Counted from the stretch's first letter, positions 27,701-42,100 are shown. The stretch is 64,000 nt of DNA from Geosiphon pyriformis uo1 (GCA_016748015.1 JAAOMT010000699.1:62001-126000); one strand, 5' to 3'. Notes: generated by a model not told the origin, from the sequence alone. Numbers and translations are program-made.

Positions 27701-30700
27701 ATCAAAAGTGCTATAAGCCAAAGAGATCCAGTCAGAAAAAATTTTAAAAAGAACCTTGCAAGCTGTCTCAATCAAAGCAATAGAGCGGGTATTTGTAAGA
27801 ATTCCCTCTTACTCATAAGATTTAGAAATCATCGAGACCCATGTTTCTCTCCAAGGTCTAAGCACTAATTCACAATCCAAACAAAAATTCAAGAGCACCA
27901 AAAGCATATCCAAGACCAACTTGTCACAGTGTTTTCAAAGTTCATTAGTGATATTAGAAAGACCAGCCACTTTCCCATCAGGCAAATTTGAAATAACACC
28001 AAACATCTTATTAAAACCAATTAAATACATCACATTAGAGAAGACATCATTGAAGACATAATCCAAAAGCTGAAATTGCCTCACCCAGTCATTAGAGATA
28101 TCAGAAGCCACCACATGCTTCTTGGTCCAACCCTCCATAATTCCATCTACCTTAGATCTAACCAACTCAGGCTCCAAGACTAACTCTCTATCATCCACCA
28201 AATGATTCAACACCACTTTATGAAAAAAACGTTCTAAAACACTCCTAATGGTATGATCTTTATCCACCTCAAAACTCTCCATCCTTCTCTCAATAGCCTG
28301 CCTCATATGAGATTCATTAGCATGTTTAGATTCCAGCAACTTAGAAGAACGGTAAGACTTCCTTGCCTTAGCCAGCCCAGAACAGATTGCATTAAAACTG
28401 AAGCCAGAAAGAAACAGAGATCACACCAGCAAAACACCCACAGAATCAAGCCTGTGTCAAGTATTCAACAACGAAGCAAAGTTCCCACTAGAAACCAACC
28501 AAGAAGCCTTCACCAGTTTAGACACTAGTAGCTCCAGTTTATGAAACTGGGAAAACACCTTATTAAAAACACAATCGAAACCCTTAAACCATTTTTTTTT
28601 GAACGTTCTACCAGTTGAAAGAACTATAATCTTATAAACAATGTTCCACATTGCATCCAGATCAGAAAACCACTTAGCTGCAACAAATTCATCTGAGAAC
28701 ATAGCAGCATTAGCAGCCATAGCATCCCTGAACTCAGACCACTTACCCTCATTGGCATTTTTGATATTATACTTCCAACAATCTCTATTTGCCTGTTTGT
28801 GCAATGAGTTCAACTTGACATTGAGCAGGCCTCCCAATCCCACAGAAACAGACACAGCCTTGTAATTAGTATCAAAATAGTCTTCAACACCATTCACACC
28901 ATGATCCACCACCACACCAACCAAATTAGAAAAAATGAGCACATAGTCAATCGTTTTAGTGACACCACAAGAATTGCACCAAGTGGGTAATTTCACAAAA
29001 GAACTCCCTCTTAGAGAGTTAATCAAACCCAAATCAAAACATTTTTTGAAACTTGCACACTTATAAGAACCATCCTCATTAAAATCACCACCAAAAATAA
29101 CAAAGGAAGACTCATTCACAGCCTTAGCAATAAGAGAGTTAACCTTGCCAGCCTGAGAAAAACAAACTGCCGAAGACACACCAGCATACAGCCCCAAAAT
29201 AGACACAGAGAGTTTGTTCCTAAAAAGCAATTTAACCAACAGAAGCCGACCAGACACCTCTGAAACTTTACACACATGTCTCACCAAAGAAGAGTCTAAA
29301 ATGATTGCAACACCAGATCTCATGTGACCAGAATCCAGTCCAAAAGTAAAAACACAAACACTATCAAACTTATTAGTAATACAAGGGCGAATTTTTCCTT
29401 TCAACTTTGTTTCAGTGACAATAGAAATCATATTGTTCATATTCTTATGCCAATGAACAATGTCTGCCTGCTTTGCACAATTGTTCATATCTTTGACATT
29501 GCACATGACAATCTTCCAAATTAATTGAGTTATTGAGATGATGTGGGAGCTGACAGACCTGAACCAGAGCACAAAAGATTTAACTTATCCAAAACTGAAC
29601 CAACTGAAGCCTCCAAAGCAACCAATTTCATCTCCAAACTGCCCATCTTGGCAGTAAGAACCTTGAAACTACTAGCACTGAGGTCAACAACAGCATCAAT
29701 AGTAATGGGAGGAGTAATATCAGAAGAACTCAAAGCATTGTCCACAATCATATCTGAATCCACTTTAGAACTCAAAGCTGCAGAAACAACAGGAGAGGGG
29801 GCCAGAGAAGAAGGAACCAAAGGAACCACACCAAAGGAATCCAACCTAACCAGGATGCCAGAAACACAGTCAGCTAAAAGCTCCAAAGAGCATTCCAAAA
29901 CTGCCAAACAATCACTCAAATAGGAGACAACAAGATGATCGGAGACTGCTAAAGGAAAAGCCAAACCAGAACACAAACCAGAACCAGGAGAACCAGAAAG
30001 AGGCACATGGGAAGAGGTGCCACTAGCAACTTGGGCCCATGTTTTGTCACCAAACAAAAATGGACGAGCAATAGGAGCCAACTTTTTCTTATATATACCA
30101 GCCAGACAAACCCGATCCTGATCAAAAACCACCCTCTTCCCATGAACACCAGAACTTCTACCCACAAGACAATTGGTAGTGGTATGACCAAACTGTTCAC
30201 ACTTGGTACATTTAGCCAAAACAAGATTAGCCCAATGCAACCTAACACCCTTGAAAATTGAAACAGTACTTACAGTAGCCAATCTGGCATCCTCATTCTC
30301 AAAACAAATAATTGCATATTGATCATGAACATATAAACCAGGATTGCAGCCAATGAAACAAGTTTTCTCACCATATGATACCAACAACTCTGACAGATCA
30401 TGGGCTAAAGTACCAACTGGAAGAGTATAAAGCAAAGCCCAATAATAATTTCTTGACACCCACATTTGTTTATCATTGACAGCCAGCACCACATAAACCG
30501 AATCCTTCTCCACAAGAACAGACTACTTAGAAGTGACCAAACTGGCAACTTCTGAAGACTTAAATTCAATCAGAGCTTTTTGCTAAAGACCAATCAATTG
30601 CATCCTGATGGAAACGATCTTGCCAAATTTAGAAAAAACTGATTTCACAGCCAATTTTGGAAGATTAACTGGGATCTCCTTAACAACCACTTCCCAATTT

Positions 30701-31620
30701 GAACAAATGTTTGCTTTTTTGAAATCACCATTGACAACAATTTTCTTATGAACTGCCATTTCCCTGGCCTTAATCAAACTAGATTCACTTGTAAAAGTTG
30801 AATAAATAACACCAAAAAATTTTGAGAGAGTTGAAGCTCCCCCAAAACCATCGATTTTGTAAAAAAATTTTTGATTGAAATAAGCTTATCATTATTAGTA
30901 TTTTCAGGCACAGCAGACAATTCCACATCCAAAGCGAACGATTTTACTGGCTCAAAGCTTCGCTTTTCTATAATACGTGACTTGACAGACAACATCTGAC
31001 TAGAGCCATTAAACATTTTTGGAGATGGAAGATTTAGCACATTCTTATCATCGCTCATAGAGTCAAACATTGGAGCTTTTGGAGATTTGTCTAGCATGTA
31101 AGTATGGGTCCGGGTTTTTTTCGGCGTAGCCTCGTTTATTTTATTGTCTTCACCAGATTCTGCGTAGCTTGTTTCTTCGACAATAGTGTTCACTATATTC
31201 TCTACATCTGACACTCCACTCACACTTGACTCATCATTTTCAACTTTGCTTCCCCAAAATATCTTATGTTCTTCATCGTCCAAATGTAACAAAGCAGCAG
31301 ACAGAGGGCCAGCAGACAAATCCACAACTCCACCAGTGACCTCAGGTTTCCTAGATTTCTTATACGATGGACTATGAGAGTAGACACTTTCAACTCACGC
31401 CTTTTTTTTGGTGCCAGACTGGGTCCCCAACCCAGTCAATCTAGAACCAGAACCACTAGCAGACAAACTCACCAGTTCTATGGCAACAAAGAGGGGTGTA
31501 TTGAGAGAAATAACTGAAGTAAAAAAAAAAGGGAAAAGGGAAAAAGAAAAGCTATTCTATCAGCAAAAACTATGCTCTCGTCGTGGGCAGGGAATCGACA
31601 AGAGAAAAAAATTTTTTTAA
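24707..31620 (-). mobile_element. Near full-length non-LTR retrotransposon (LINE), inactivated by stops/frameshifts
   Basis: ORF1 has a CX2CX4HX4C knuckle (CTKCEQFGHTTTNC). ORF2 has APE endonuclease (TETKL, GGDFN, IDYV), RT (QDMRKAYDSV, FVDN), RNase H (YTDES, AELQAI, DSQA, GNEHADALAK) and CLFC...HVFSC. The (TAA)n tail is at 24707-24732. Confidence 0.95.
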
Positions 31621-34388
31621 ATAATTAAAAAGATAAAAAAAGCCCATAAATTATTTATAATAATATTTTGCTTTTAATTAATAAAATAATAATAGCTTTA
31701 AAAAAATTTGTTAAATTTTTTAATATAAGTAATAATAAATTTAATAAGTTTTTATTTAATTATTTTAAATTAATTTTATAATATAATTAAAGTATTTTTA
31801 TTAATAAAATAATCAAAAACAGTTTTAAATATTTATCAATTAGTAAAAAAACAAATTAGTCTTTAAATTATTTGTTAATAATTTTTTTAAAAAAATAGAA
31901 AATTGATTTTAATATTTTAACTATATTTTATTTATAATATTTATTGCTTTTGCTATTTTGTTAAACCATTGTTACCAGTAATTATTTGGGGTTTTAAATT
32001 AAATAACAAATCTGTAACTTGGTGTTTAATAGTTGAAATTGTGTTAGTAATATCTAAAAATTTTGGTATCTGAAAGTTTTGAGTTGAGTTCTTTGTATAA
32101 TAAACAAAGATTTAATAGAGAGTTTCTTTATTAATGTTTTCTAGTATTCACCCTTGATGTATTTTGTTTTAATATCTGTTGCTTCCTGGAATTGCAATTC
32201 CATCAATTTTTTTTTCGACATAGTAGTTGGCAATCTCCTAGTAAGCTATCTTCAATTCTGAGTGTCTACTCTTATTCCTGGGTCTTTTACTAATGTTATA
32301 TCTTAATATTAGTATTTCACACATTAACTTTTTTAAATCAATTAGTAAATTAATAACAAAAAAAAAGAGAATAAAAGAAATAAAAAAAAAGAAATAAGAA
32401 ATAAGCCAAGATAAAAAAAGTTAGTATTCTGTTAATAGTCATGATTAAAAGCTATTGTTCTAGTGTAATCAAGTATTAGATACTATTAACATAGAGTGTT
32501 AATAGTGTAAAGAGTGATTTAAATAGTAAATAATTATTTTATTAATATTAATAATTCTAACTAAGATGTATTTAATGAGGAATTCTGGTATTAATTCTGT
32601 CTTTTTTGCTTTTAATGCTCTTGCTATATATATATAATTTGGGTTCTATGAAATTGTTTTCATTCTTGAACAATGTACTATAATTTCTCAAGCAATATAT
32701 CATGATTTTTTGATATTGTTCTACATTGCTAAGCAATGTGTTTATGTATTAACTACTATTCTTCTATTGGTTTATCTGTTTTTCCTATTATTTTCTTGTA
32801 TGCTTTTTCTATGAGTAACATTATTTCCTTCTTTAATATTGAGCTCTATTGAAATCTTTATTTTAAATTAGTTCTATAATTTCTCTTTCTAGTACTGTTT
32901 GTTCAATTTTGTTTCTTATATCTTTAATTTACGAGTTGTTTATTTTTTTCCACTGGTTAATAATTATTGTTTCTATATTAGAGTGTAACAATATTTCCAG
33001 GTAGTTTTGAAAAATCATGTGTAGTTAATAGATTGTTTTAATATATAGTGTCAGATTTGTTTTCTTTTCAATAATATCTTTGATGTTTCAAATTATCTCT
33101 TGATTGAATATTTTTTTGGCTTTATTAAAATATAATTTCTGAATATTCAACTTCTGTCCCAACTGATAATAGCAGTATAGTATTGAAAGTTGTTTTATCT
33201 ACAGATTCCAATTTTTTTTTGTGAATTTCTCAGTTGAAATCATGATAAGTATTTTCCCAAAAGTGCTTTTTACTTTTTCTACTATTTTATCTAACCAGTT
33301 TCTTGTTTGGTTCTGTGGTTATTAATATGGTATATTTTTTGCTTTTCTTTCTTGTTTGGTGTTTTGATAGCAGATTGTTTGGTGGTTAACAACAATTTTC
33401 ATGTCTAATTGTTGTTAATTTAAGGCTTGAAATAATTGTTAAGCTAAAATGTGGATATAATCTGGTATTTCTATTTTTTTTGGTTCTTTTATTATGTATA
33501 CTGTGTCCTTATATACTCTTTTAGTTACTCAATTTGACATGTTTGAATCAATGATTATAATTGGTTTCAGATCTTGTAGAATCTCATCTGATCGGACTAG
33601 TATTTGTTGTACTCCTAGTTGTGGAATATTACTGGTCGATAATGATACTGTATTGTGATATAATTTCAGTCAATTACTATATTGTTCCATCTTAATTTAT
33701 AAGCTCTATTTCTTAAAATTTCTTCAATGTAAAATAGTCCATCTTATTTGGGATCAAATTTTCCACTTCTTTGTTTTTCTGCTTTGGTATGATATAAGAG
33801 TACTTTGTTTTCAATCCTGAATTCTACTAGTTTATTTGGTAACTGGTTATCATGTCATTTTTTTTGTTTTTTTTGACTTTTAAATATTATTAGCTGCTTT
33901 TTGTCTTTTGTTTTTCAAAGTTTTTATTAATTTGTACATTTTTCTTAGCAATGTTTTTTAAAAATTGGCTTCTATTATTGGTTTTGTTAGATATGTGTTA
34001 ATGTTTATCTTAACTGATAATATTGCTGTTCTACTATAAACAAGTTCAAATAATGTTGTTTATATGATATCTTGCTTTATTGTTCAATAAACAAATAGTA
34101 CTAATAATATAAACAAATCTCATTTGTTCTTGTTTTTTGACTGATTTTGGCTATTGCTTCACACAATATTCTGTTGAATCTTTCTACTAAACTATTTGTT
34201 TATAGATAATATGGTAATGATAGTGGTTTTTTGATTCCAAATCTTTGGCTTAATTCTGTTAATGTTCTGTTTACAAAATACATTCCTTGATCTAATAACA
34301 ATTTTTTTAGACATCTGTGTTGACAAATTAGATCTTAGTAAACAAATTCAGCTATAGATTCTGCATTTGCTCTTTGAATTGCTTTCAT

Positions 34389-35266
34389 TGTTACGGGATG
34401 GTTTTCTTGGTATATTTAATTGCTGATATCCCGTTTTAATTGCAATCAGTTTTTCGTGAGTTCCTCAATTCTATTTATGTGATAATGTCACTGTTATACT
34501 GAAGGCTTTCTCTTTAATGTCGTAATGTAAGTTATTTCTCAATTCTTGATTGTTGTATGTGTTTATGTACTCTTTTTCAAAGGCTGAGCTGAAATTTATC
34601 TGCTGTCTGGGGTCTTTTCTGAGGCTATCCTTGCAATTGCCTGATGTGTTTCTCTAATTTAGAAACACAGAATGTTAATGGTCTTTAGCACTTTTCCTAA
34701 TTCTCACAATAAAGCTTTTATTAATTAGTAACAATGTGAATAATCTTGATCAGAGATTATTCTTCCAAAGAATTCAACTAATGAATGTTAGTTTCATTCA
34801 ATAATTAACACAAGTGAGTTTCTTACTACTTTGGAGTTGTGATAATTCAGTTTTAAATATTTTTTTTCATTTTTTTTTTTTAGATTTAAAGGTTTTTTGG
34901 AATATTTAATTTAAAAATACGATTTAAAGTGGAGTTTGTTGAATAAATTGGATCTATTGCTTGATAAATTATGATTTTTATTACTTTATTGATTTTTCTC
35001 AATATTAAAGCTACTGTATATATACATATTTGTAGTTCTATGAGAAAACACATTGTAATACTTTCTTTTTGATATTTCAACCTGGTGTTTGCTGCTATCA
35101 CCAGTTGGTGTTGGCTGCTATTGTAAACTGGTACTTGCTACTATCACGAAATAGTGTTTGCTACTATGTTAATCATTACTTTTCTAAGATTATTACTGCA
35201 CTATATTATGATTGAATAGTTTATATTATTTTTATGATTTTTTTGCTAGATTCTTAAACCATAACA
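34389..35266. mobile_element. Solo LTR (family B) inserted into the integrase
   Basis: TGTTACGG...CCATAACA terminal inverted repeat with flanks TCAT/TTGT. Removing it plus one 4-bp copy restores the PETKAI reading frame. Confidence 0.85.
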
Positions 35267-36291
35267 TTGTCTCTGGCTATTTTGTAAGATAGTCCATGGC
35301 TATTGCTATATAACAATTGTTTTTGTTGGTTATTGTTAATGGTCTAATTAAGTCAATTCCAATTCTATCAAATAGTTGTTCTACTCTAATTGGTTTTAGT
35401 AGTTCACTGAGTCTTGTTCCTTCTTTTTTTTGACAAACATTACAATTTTGAACATATTGGATAATGTCTAAATATATTGATGGCCAATAATATTTCTTTC
35501 TGGTTCTTTTCATGGTTGCTTCTTTATAAAAATGTCCTGCTGTCAAATCTGAGTATATATTGTATAGTATTGTTTCTTTCTTTGATTCTGTAATTACTCT
35601 GAGTGATTGATCTGGATCTTTTTGTTTTTTTTATATAATATATTTTGGTGGGTGATAAAATATTTGGATTGTTGTTTTATGTTATTCCATTTCTTTAAAA
35701 ATAATTTTTTCTTGAATTGCTGGGTATTAATATAGTGTTGGAGTTGTTAATATTTTTGTGTATTCATCTTTTTGTTATATTTTTAAGTTGGAATGTTTTT
35801 AGATTTGTCTTATTTATGACAAACTATTAGCATTTCCATTTTTTTTTCTTTTTTTGTAATGTACTGTATATTTAAATAATGCAAGTTCTATTTTCTATCT
35901 GGTATAATAATTGTTTCCAAATTTTTGTTTCTGAATTGATGTCAATTCTTTGTGATTAATATATATGTTAAACTTTTGGCTTAAGTATTTCTTCTATTTC
36001 ATGACTGCCTAATAGATAGCTAAATATTCTAATGTTGGTGTTCCATAATTTTTTTTGGCTGAACTCAAATTTCAGCTAGCATATACTACTGGGTGTTTTC
36101 TTTCATCTGGTCTTCTTTATAATAATACTGCTTTTAATGCTTAATCTAATGCATTAGTAGTAATAATAAATGGCTTATTGTAATCTGAATAGATCAATAC
36201 TGATGTTTGAATAAGCTTTCTTCTTAAAGTATCAAAAGCTTCTTGTTGTTCTTCAGTTCATTTATAATTTACATTCTTGGCTTGAAGCTAG

Positions 36292-36841
36292 TATTACTTA
36301 TAGAATATAGAAAGTATATTAGCATATAAATTAGCCAATCAGAAGTAAACATAGTAAATGTAAAATTTCAGAATTTCTCTTAGAAGAATTGCAAGATTCC
36401 AGGAATTTTAAAATTTTCATATGAGAAATTACAGGATTCTAAAATTCCAGAATTCCTCTTAAAAGAATTGCAAGATTTCAGGAATTTCAGGATTCCTGAC
36501 TAGAGAATTGAGAAATTCAAAAAATTTTGTACAATGAAATTTATGTATATATAGCAGTAGTATCAGAAGCTAAAAAATCAGTCAAGTAGACTCCTAAAGG
36601 CAATTAGACTCAAAGTTAAGAAGACTGAGAGTCAGTAAAACTCTTAGAGTCAATTAGACTCACAGGTTATAATTATTAAATACCTTTCTTTTAAAAAATA
36701 AAATACTATAATTTGAAGTGAAATCATTCACATATTAATGAAATTATCAATTATCCTTAAATCCATATTATTATTTACTACTTAATTTGCTGGCACAATA
36801 GCTCTTGATCATGGCTATTGACAAGACACTATTTCTTTTTT

Positions 36842-36918
<77 letters not shown>

Positions 36919-37393
36919 TTTTTTTTTGTTTTTGTTTTTTTTTGTTTTTTTGTGTTTTTTTTGTTTTTTNNNNNNNNNNNNNNNNNNNNTTCTTTTTTTT
37001 TTTTTTTTTTTTTTCTTTTTTATTTTTTTTATTTTATTTTTTTTATTTTATTTTCTTTTTTTGTTCACTAAATTGATTAAAAGGATTAAGTGTTGAGGTA
37101 CTGATATCAGGATATAACATTGGTAAAAGACCCAAGAATAAGAGTAGACACTCTATAGAAGGATAGCTTACCAGGAGATTGCCAGCTATTATGCCAAGAA
37201 AAAAATTAATGGAATTGCAATTCCAAGAGACTATAAATAAAACAACTATTAAATCTCTGTCCATTATACAAAAAACTCAACCAAAATCTTCAGACAAACA
37301 ACACCTTCAGATATTTTCAAGCATTTCAGTCAATTGAGCACCAAGTTACAGGTTTGTTATTTACTTTGAGACCCCAAATAATCACTTGTAACA
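36292..37393 (+). mobile_element. Solo LTR (family A) inserted between RT and RNase H regions
   Basis: TATTACTTATAGAAT...CTTGTAACA with flanks CTAG/CTGG. Excision restores the LYQLQAKNVNYK frame. Confidence 0.85.
36836..37062. repeat. Poly-T tract with 20-N assembly gap (36970-36989)
   Basis: Directly visible. The homologous tract in other LTR-A copies is only ~45 bp. Confidence 0.95.
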
Positions 37394-38729
37394 CTGGTAA
37401 AGTAATTGAGCAAGTTTGGAGAAGTTTTGAATAAAGTGGTAGTAATATTTAACAAATTTCAAGAATGCTCATAGTTCCATTAAATTTGTTGGTACTGGAA
37501 AGTTTTTGACAATTTCAATCTTATCTGGATCTGTCTTGATGCTGTTTTTGCTTACAACATGTCCCAAAAAATTCAATTCTGTTTTGCCAAAGAAGCATTT
37601 GGTGGCATTTAACTTTAGTTCTGTCTTTTTCAGTCTTTCAAACATCTGTTGTAGATGATGAAAATAATTATCAAAAGTTTTTGAAAACATATTGGTGTTA
37701 TCCAAATATATAACTACTGATTTTTATAGCAATTTAGTATATACAATTTTTATTAGTCATTGGAAAATTGCTGGTGCATTGGTTAAACCAAATAGTATTA
37801 CTTCAAACTCAAAATTTTTCTTTCTGGTTGTGAACACAGTCTTTTTTTATTGGCTAAATTTATGGCTACTTGTCAGTAATCACTATTTAGATTTAGTATT
37901 AAGAACTATTTTTTTCTTCCAAAAGCATTAAATAGTTTCTAAATATGTGGAGTTAAATAGCTGTCTCTATAAGTAATACTATTAAGTTTTCTGTAATTCA
38001 CACAAAAGCAGATTTTTCTATTCTTTTTATGGATTAATACCACTAGTAACAATCATAAACTCATTAATGATTGAATTAACTTATTGTTCAACATTCTGTT
38101 GATTTCTTGTTGGATTATCTCATGACTGGCTAATAGTACTCAGTATGTTTGTTGTTTAATTAGCATTGCATCTTCAGTCTGGATTTAATGTTGAATGATA
38201 TCAGTTCTGCCAAATTCATTTTCACTTGTAAATATATTATTGAAATTGTTGAGCAGCATTTTAAATTGTATCTGTTAAAATGAGTTTAAGTTTTCCAAGT
38301 TTATTTGTTCTAATTGTTCTAACTAAAACAAATAACATTTTTTTCATCTGTATATTGTTTATAATATGATATTCACATATCTGTATAGTTGTGGAAAATC
38401 TGGAATAGTGTTTGACAGTTGGTCTTCTATTTTAGTGCTTAAATATTTGATCATGGTTTCTTTTGGTATTTCGATAATATCTCTAGTTGTGTTATAAATA
38501 GAAATTTTTATGTGTTTTGGGCTTTTGGCTGGTATGTAAAAATTGGTGAGTCCAATTTTTTCTGATTTACAAATTGTAGTTTCTACATCAAAAATTTGAG
38601 CTTGATCTTTTACTTTCCTTTTTATGGCTAATATGTACTGATTATATGGCAGAATAGAAATTGATTAATGGATAGAAATAATTTCTCTCTTGTTAATAAT
38701 TTCTTCCTCTCATATTAACTGGTATATCT

Positions 38730-39130
38730 ATTTTGCCTATAGATTCAAATCCACTTATCTTTTTTGCTATTATCCCTAATTTTTTCCTTTTTCTTATTAA
38801 TATTAATTAAGTTATTTTAACTAGAGGTAGAAATATTGTCTGTGCTATTTTTTCATTTGGTTCAATGATATATTCTTTTTTCAAATCATTTTATAATATT
38901 GCAATAATATTTCTTATATATTTTGCATCAATTATTTCTTCTCTGATGTTGATTTTTTTTTTGCTAAACTATTCTTAGATGCTAGTTGAACCATTGTTGT
39001 TGCTAGAATTTTTAGTGTTACTTTCAGATCAATGCATATACATAAATGTGATTTCAATTTAATGGCATCTTTTCTGGAATATCTCAAATCAAACCCTGTA
39101 TCAGCATTATACATGTATTTTGATATAATA
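38730..39130 (-). pseudogene. Retrotransposon-encoded trimeric dUTPase domain (decayed)
   Basis: Five motifs in order: DTGFDL, ASKNSLAKK, EEIIDAKYIRN (restores to GGIIDAGYVGN by A>G), EKIAQ and SGFESIG. Confidence 0.85.
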
Positions 39131-42100
39131 CCTTCATTATTATCGCTGAATCATTTTAGTTCTTGCTTCTTGAAAAGATCAAAAAGCATGATGTATTGTT
39201 TGGCGTTATAATTGGAGTTTAAATTATTGTTATTGTTGCCATTTTGGGCTGAACTGAAACTATTGTTTTTATTATCATTATTGGAGTTTGAATTGGGATT
39301 AGATTTCAATTCTGATTCCAATATACAGTGGCTAATTGGTCTTTTTTCTTCTGAGATTGTGTAGATCATATGGGTTAGTGAATTGTAAATAAGGTTACAG
39401 ACATTACAATATTGGAAGTCACATGGAATTAAACAGTTGTCATATAGTCTGGTGTTTAGTTATTTTAAATGCTGTTTTTGTTTTTTTCTGTTAGATATTA
39501 AATTCTGGTAGTGTTCATGGAACTCTTCTGGACCTGTTTTAATATCCAAAAATGCATCTGGATTGGAAATGAGAATAACTTCAACTGGTTTTGGTGGGTT
39601 GTTTTTTATTTCTAAGATCTTACTGAGTGAAGTGCCTGCTATTTTGGCATTTGCTATTTGCCAGATTTTATCCTCATTGTATAAATAGCTATTTAAGTAA
39701 GAGATTACTTGATGTCATGCTGCATTGATGAGTGTTCTATGACTTATCCAGTTACTAATAAGGATTGTGTACTGGCATAAAACATTACACATTCCTCTTT
39801 GACCAGAAATGTCATTTCACATCTCTTTGTTGAACAACTGCTTTCCACAAGCAAGACATAGTTCATTGTTCCACTTGCCTTAACATTTAGGGTACTCATA
39901 TCATTTGAGGTGGCATAGTTTGCAATAGTAATAGGTTTGCATCTAATAGTCTTCATTTGGTGTAATTCAAGCTTTCATAGAAGACAGCTTTTTCTTATAG
40001 TCTTTACACTTGAATAGGATATATGGTGGTTTTGGTCTATTGTTAATCAAATAAAATCTTTTCCAGTTGCTGGTGGTATCACAGTTAGTGGTGTTTTCTT
40101 GTGGCTCATCTTCTTTCTTTTCTTTTTTCTTATTGTTCTATGAGAGTATTAATGATCATTTGTTGTAATCAGTATTAATTCATAAGACTTGGTAGGCTTT
40201 CCAGATAGGTTTAGTCATTTTTTTTTCAAATTCAATTAATGGTGCTGGTGTGGTGGTTTTAAAATAACTGCAAATTGTTAATACTCATGTGTGTTGCCCA
40301 TTTTGGCTTAGCTAGAGCTTTTGTATAGTTCAATCTAACATTGTGTTGGTTTTGAACAGCCAATCATTACCAATAAGAGCTTGGTATTGGATGGCTTCTA
40401 TTACTAATACTTTGATGAGTATGGTAATGCCATTAACTTCAAATAGGAAGTCATTAATCTCATTAATTGGAGTTTTTGTTGTTTTATCAGCAGTAATAAT
40501 CCTGATGCTGACAGTGCAATCAACTTGGCAATCTAATTGGTTCATGAGTTGTCATATAATGATGCTGTCTGCTGACCTACTGTCAAGAATCAGTTTGATG
40601 AACTGACTATTAACTTTGGCATTTGTATACATTACCATAATAGGTTTAACATTAAGGGCAGCTCCACTAAAAAAAAGTATTTCAGTTGGTTCCTCAATTT
40701 CAAAAGGAAAAATGGCTGCTAATAACTTGTCATTAGTCACTATTGCTGGTGAAATGTTGTTGGTAAGTGTTTGTTTTTGGTTGGGTTTTAGATAGTTAGA
40801 TGTGACATCTTCTGGGTTTATTAGGAGACTTAAATAGTTTTGAGAATTCAGGTTCTGAGCATACCCAGTTTCCACACTCCATAAACATGATTCTAATGCT
40901 TGGTGGAATGCACTGGAGATTGGTTAATAAACAACTATTGCCAATCTCCAGTTTTGTTGAATGGTTTTCAGCCTTTGGTTTTTGGGTAACATCTGAATTA
41001 GAATTTGTGGTGGGATTTGAATTTGTTGGGATTGGTAAATTACTTGCAGCTATGATTAATAAATAACTGGTGTTGAAGATTGGTAAATTGGAGGTTAATA
41101 AATTAGTTGATGCATTATTTGGGTGTAATAAGGTTGATACTGATTCTGATTTGGGTAATAATTCGAAGTTTGAAATCTGCAATTGGGGCTTCAATATTGA
41201 TTTTCCAATTGTGGATAGTTGTTATTGAATCTGACATGGCAATCAGCTCTTATATAACTTTGTTTACCACAATTATAATATATATATGTTTTTTGTTGCC
41301 ATAGTTGATTAACTAATAATAAAGAATGCATCTAATTCTGAGAATAATTAGAGTTTTTGGAATTGTTATAACATTGTAGAGATTGATAGATTGCCTAATT
41401 GTTAGCTAAATATCTTTTAATTTTCTGATTAATGGAATCATTAATTTGTTTTAGCTTGAAGTTCAATTCAAATGATCTATTCATTACTAGATTTATGGTT
41501 TGGACATGGTTGGTTTCAAGTTTTACTGATTCAAAGTCTCTGGCATGTGTAACTGCTACTTGCAGATTGGCTGGATATAATAGACATATATGTTAAAAGA
41601 TACTACTGCACAGACTACAGATAAACTGGTTTAGGATTTGTGGTGCTGTGAAATAGTTGGTATCAATTGCTTAGATCTGATGCAAATTTCTATGAAAGTG
41701 TTCTAAGTAAGTGGTAACTGCTTTGGTGTTTTTTGTTTTATAGTGGTAAATGTATTGGCCAAATGGTTAATGCTATTATTATTACTAAAATATCTTAAGA
41801 ACTCAAGTTTAAAGATGTTGAAATTTTGGGGTTTATTTGCCAAGCTTTAATATTACGAATTGGCAGTATTTTGTAGAAAGTATAATATGGCTTGTAGTGC
41901 TTTAGTGTTGTTCTATTCATTGGCAGTAATGGCTTTTTTGATGTTATTTAGTCATACTTGTGTATTATCTTCCTTGTCAGTAAATTTTTTAATCTTGGCA
42001 ATTGGTGCATAGGCCATTGGTGCTAAAATTTGTTATTGTAGTTGCTATTGAAATTGTTGTTATTGGGGTGGTAGTTGTGGCTGTTGTTGTTGCTGCTTGA

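Noticed and set aside
24791-31620. Many plus-strand ORFs over the LINE (and 61785-62353)
   Set aside because: Antisense shadows of the minus-strand ORF1/ORF2 with no independent motifs.
24690-31635. TSD for the full LINE and for the 14078-20014 element
   Set aside because: The LINE flanks are low-complexity AT. The LTR element's flanks (TAGT/ATAT) do not match, suggesting rearrangement.
36805-37096. Poly-Phe ORFs
   Set aside because: These are translations of a poly-T tract containing an N gap. The tract length may be an assembly artefact.
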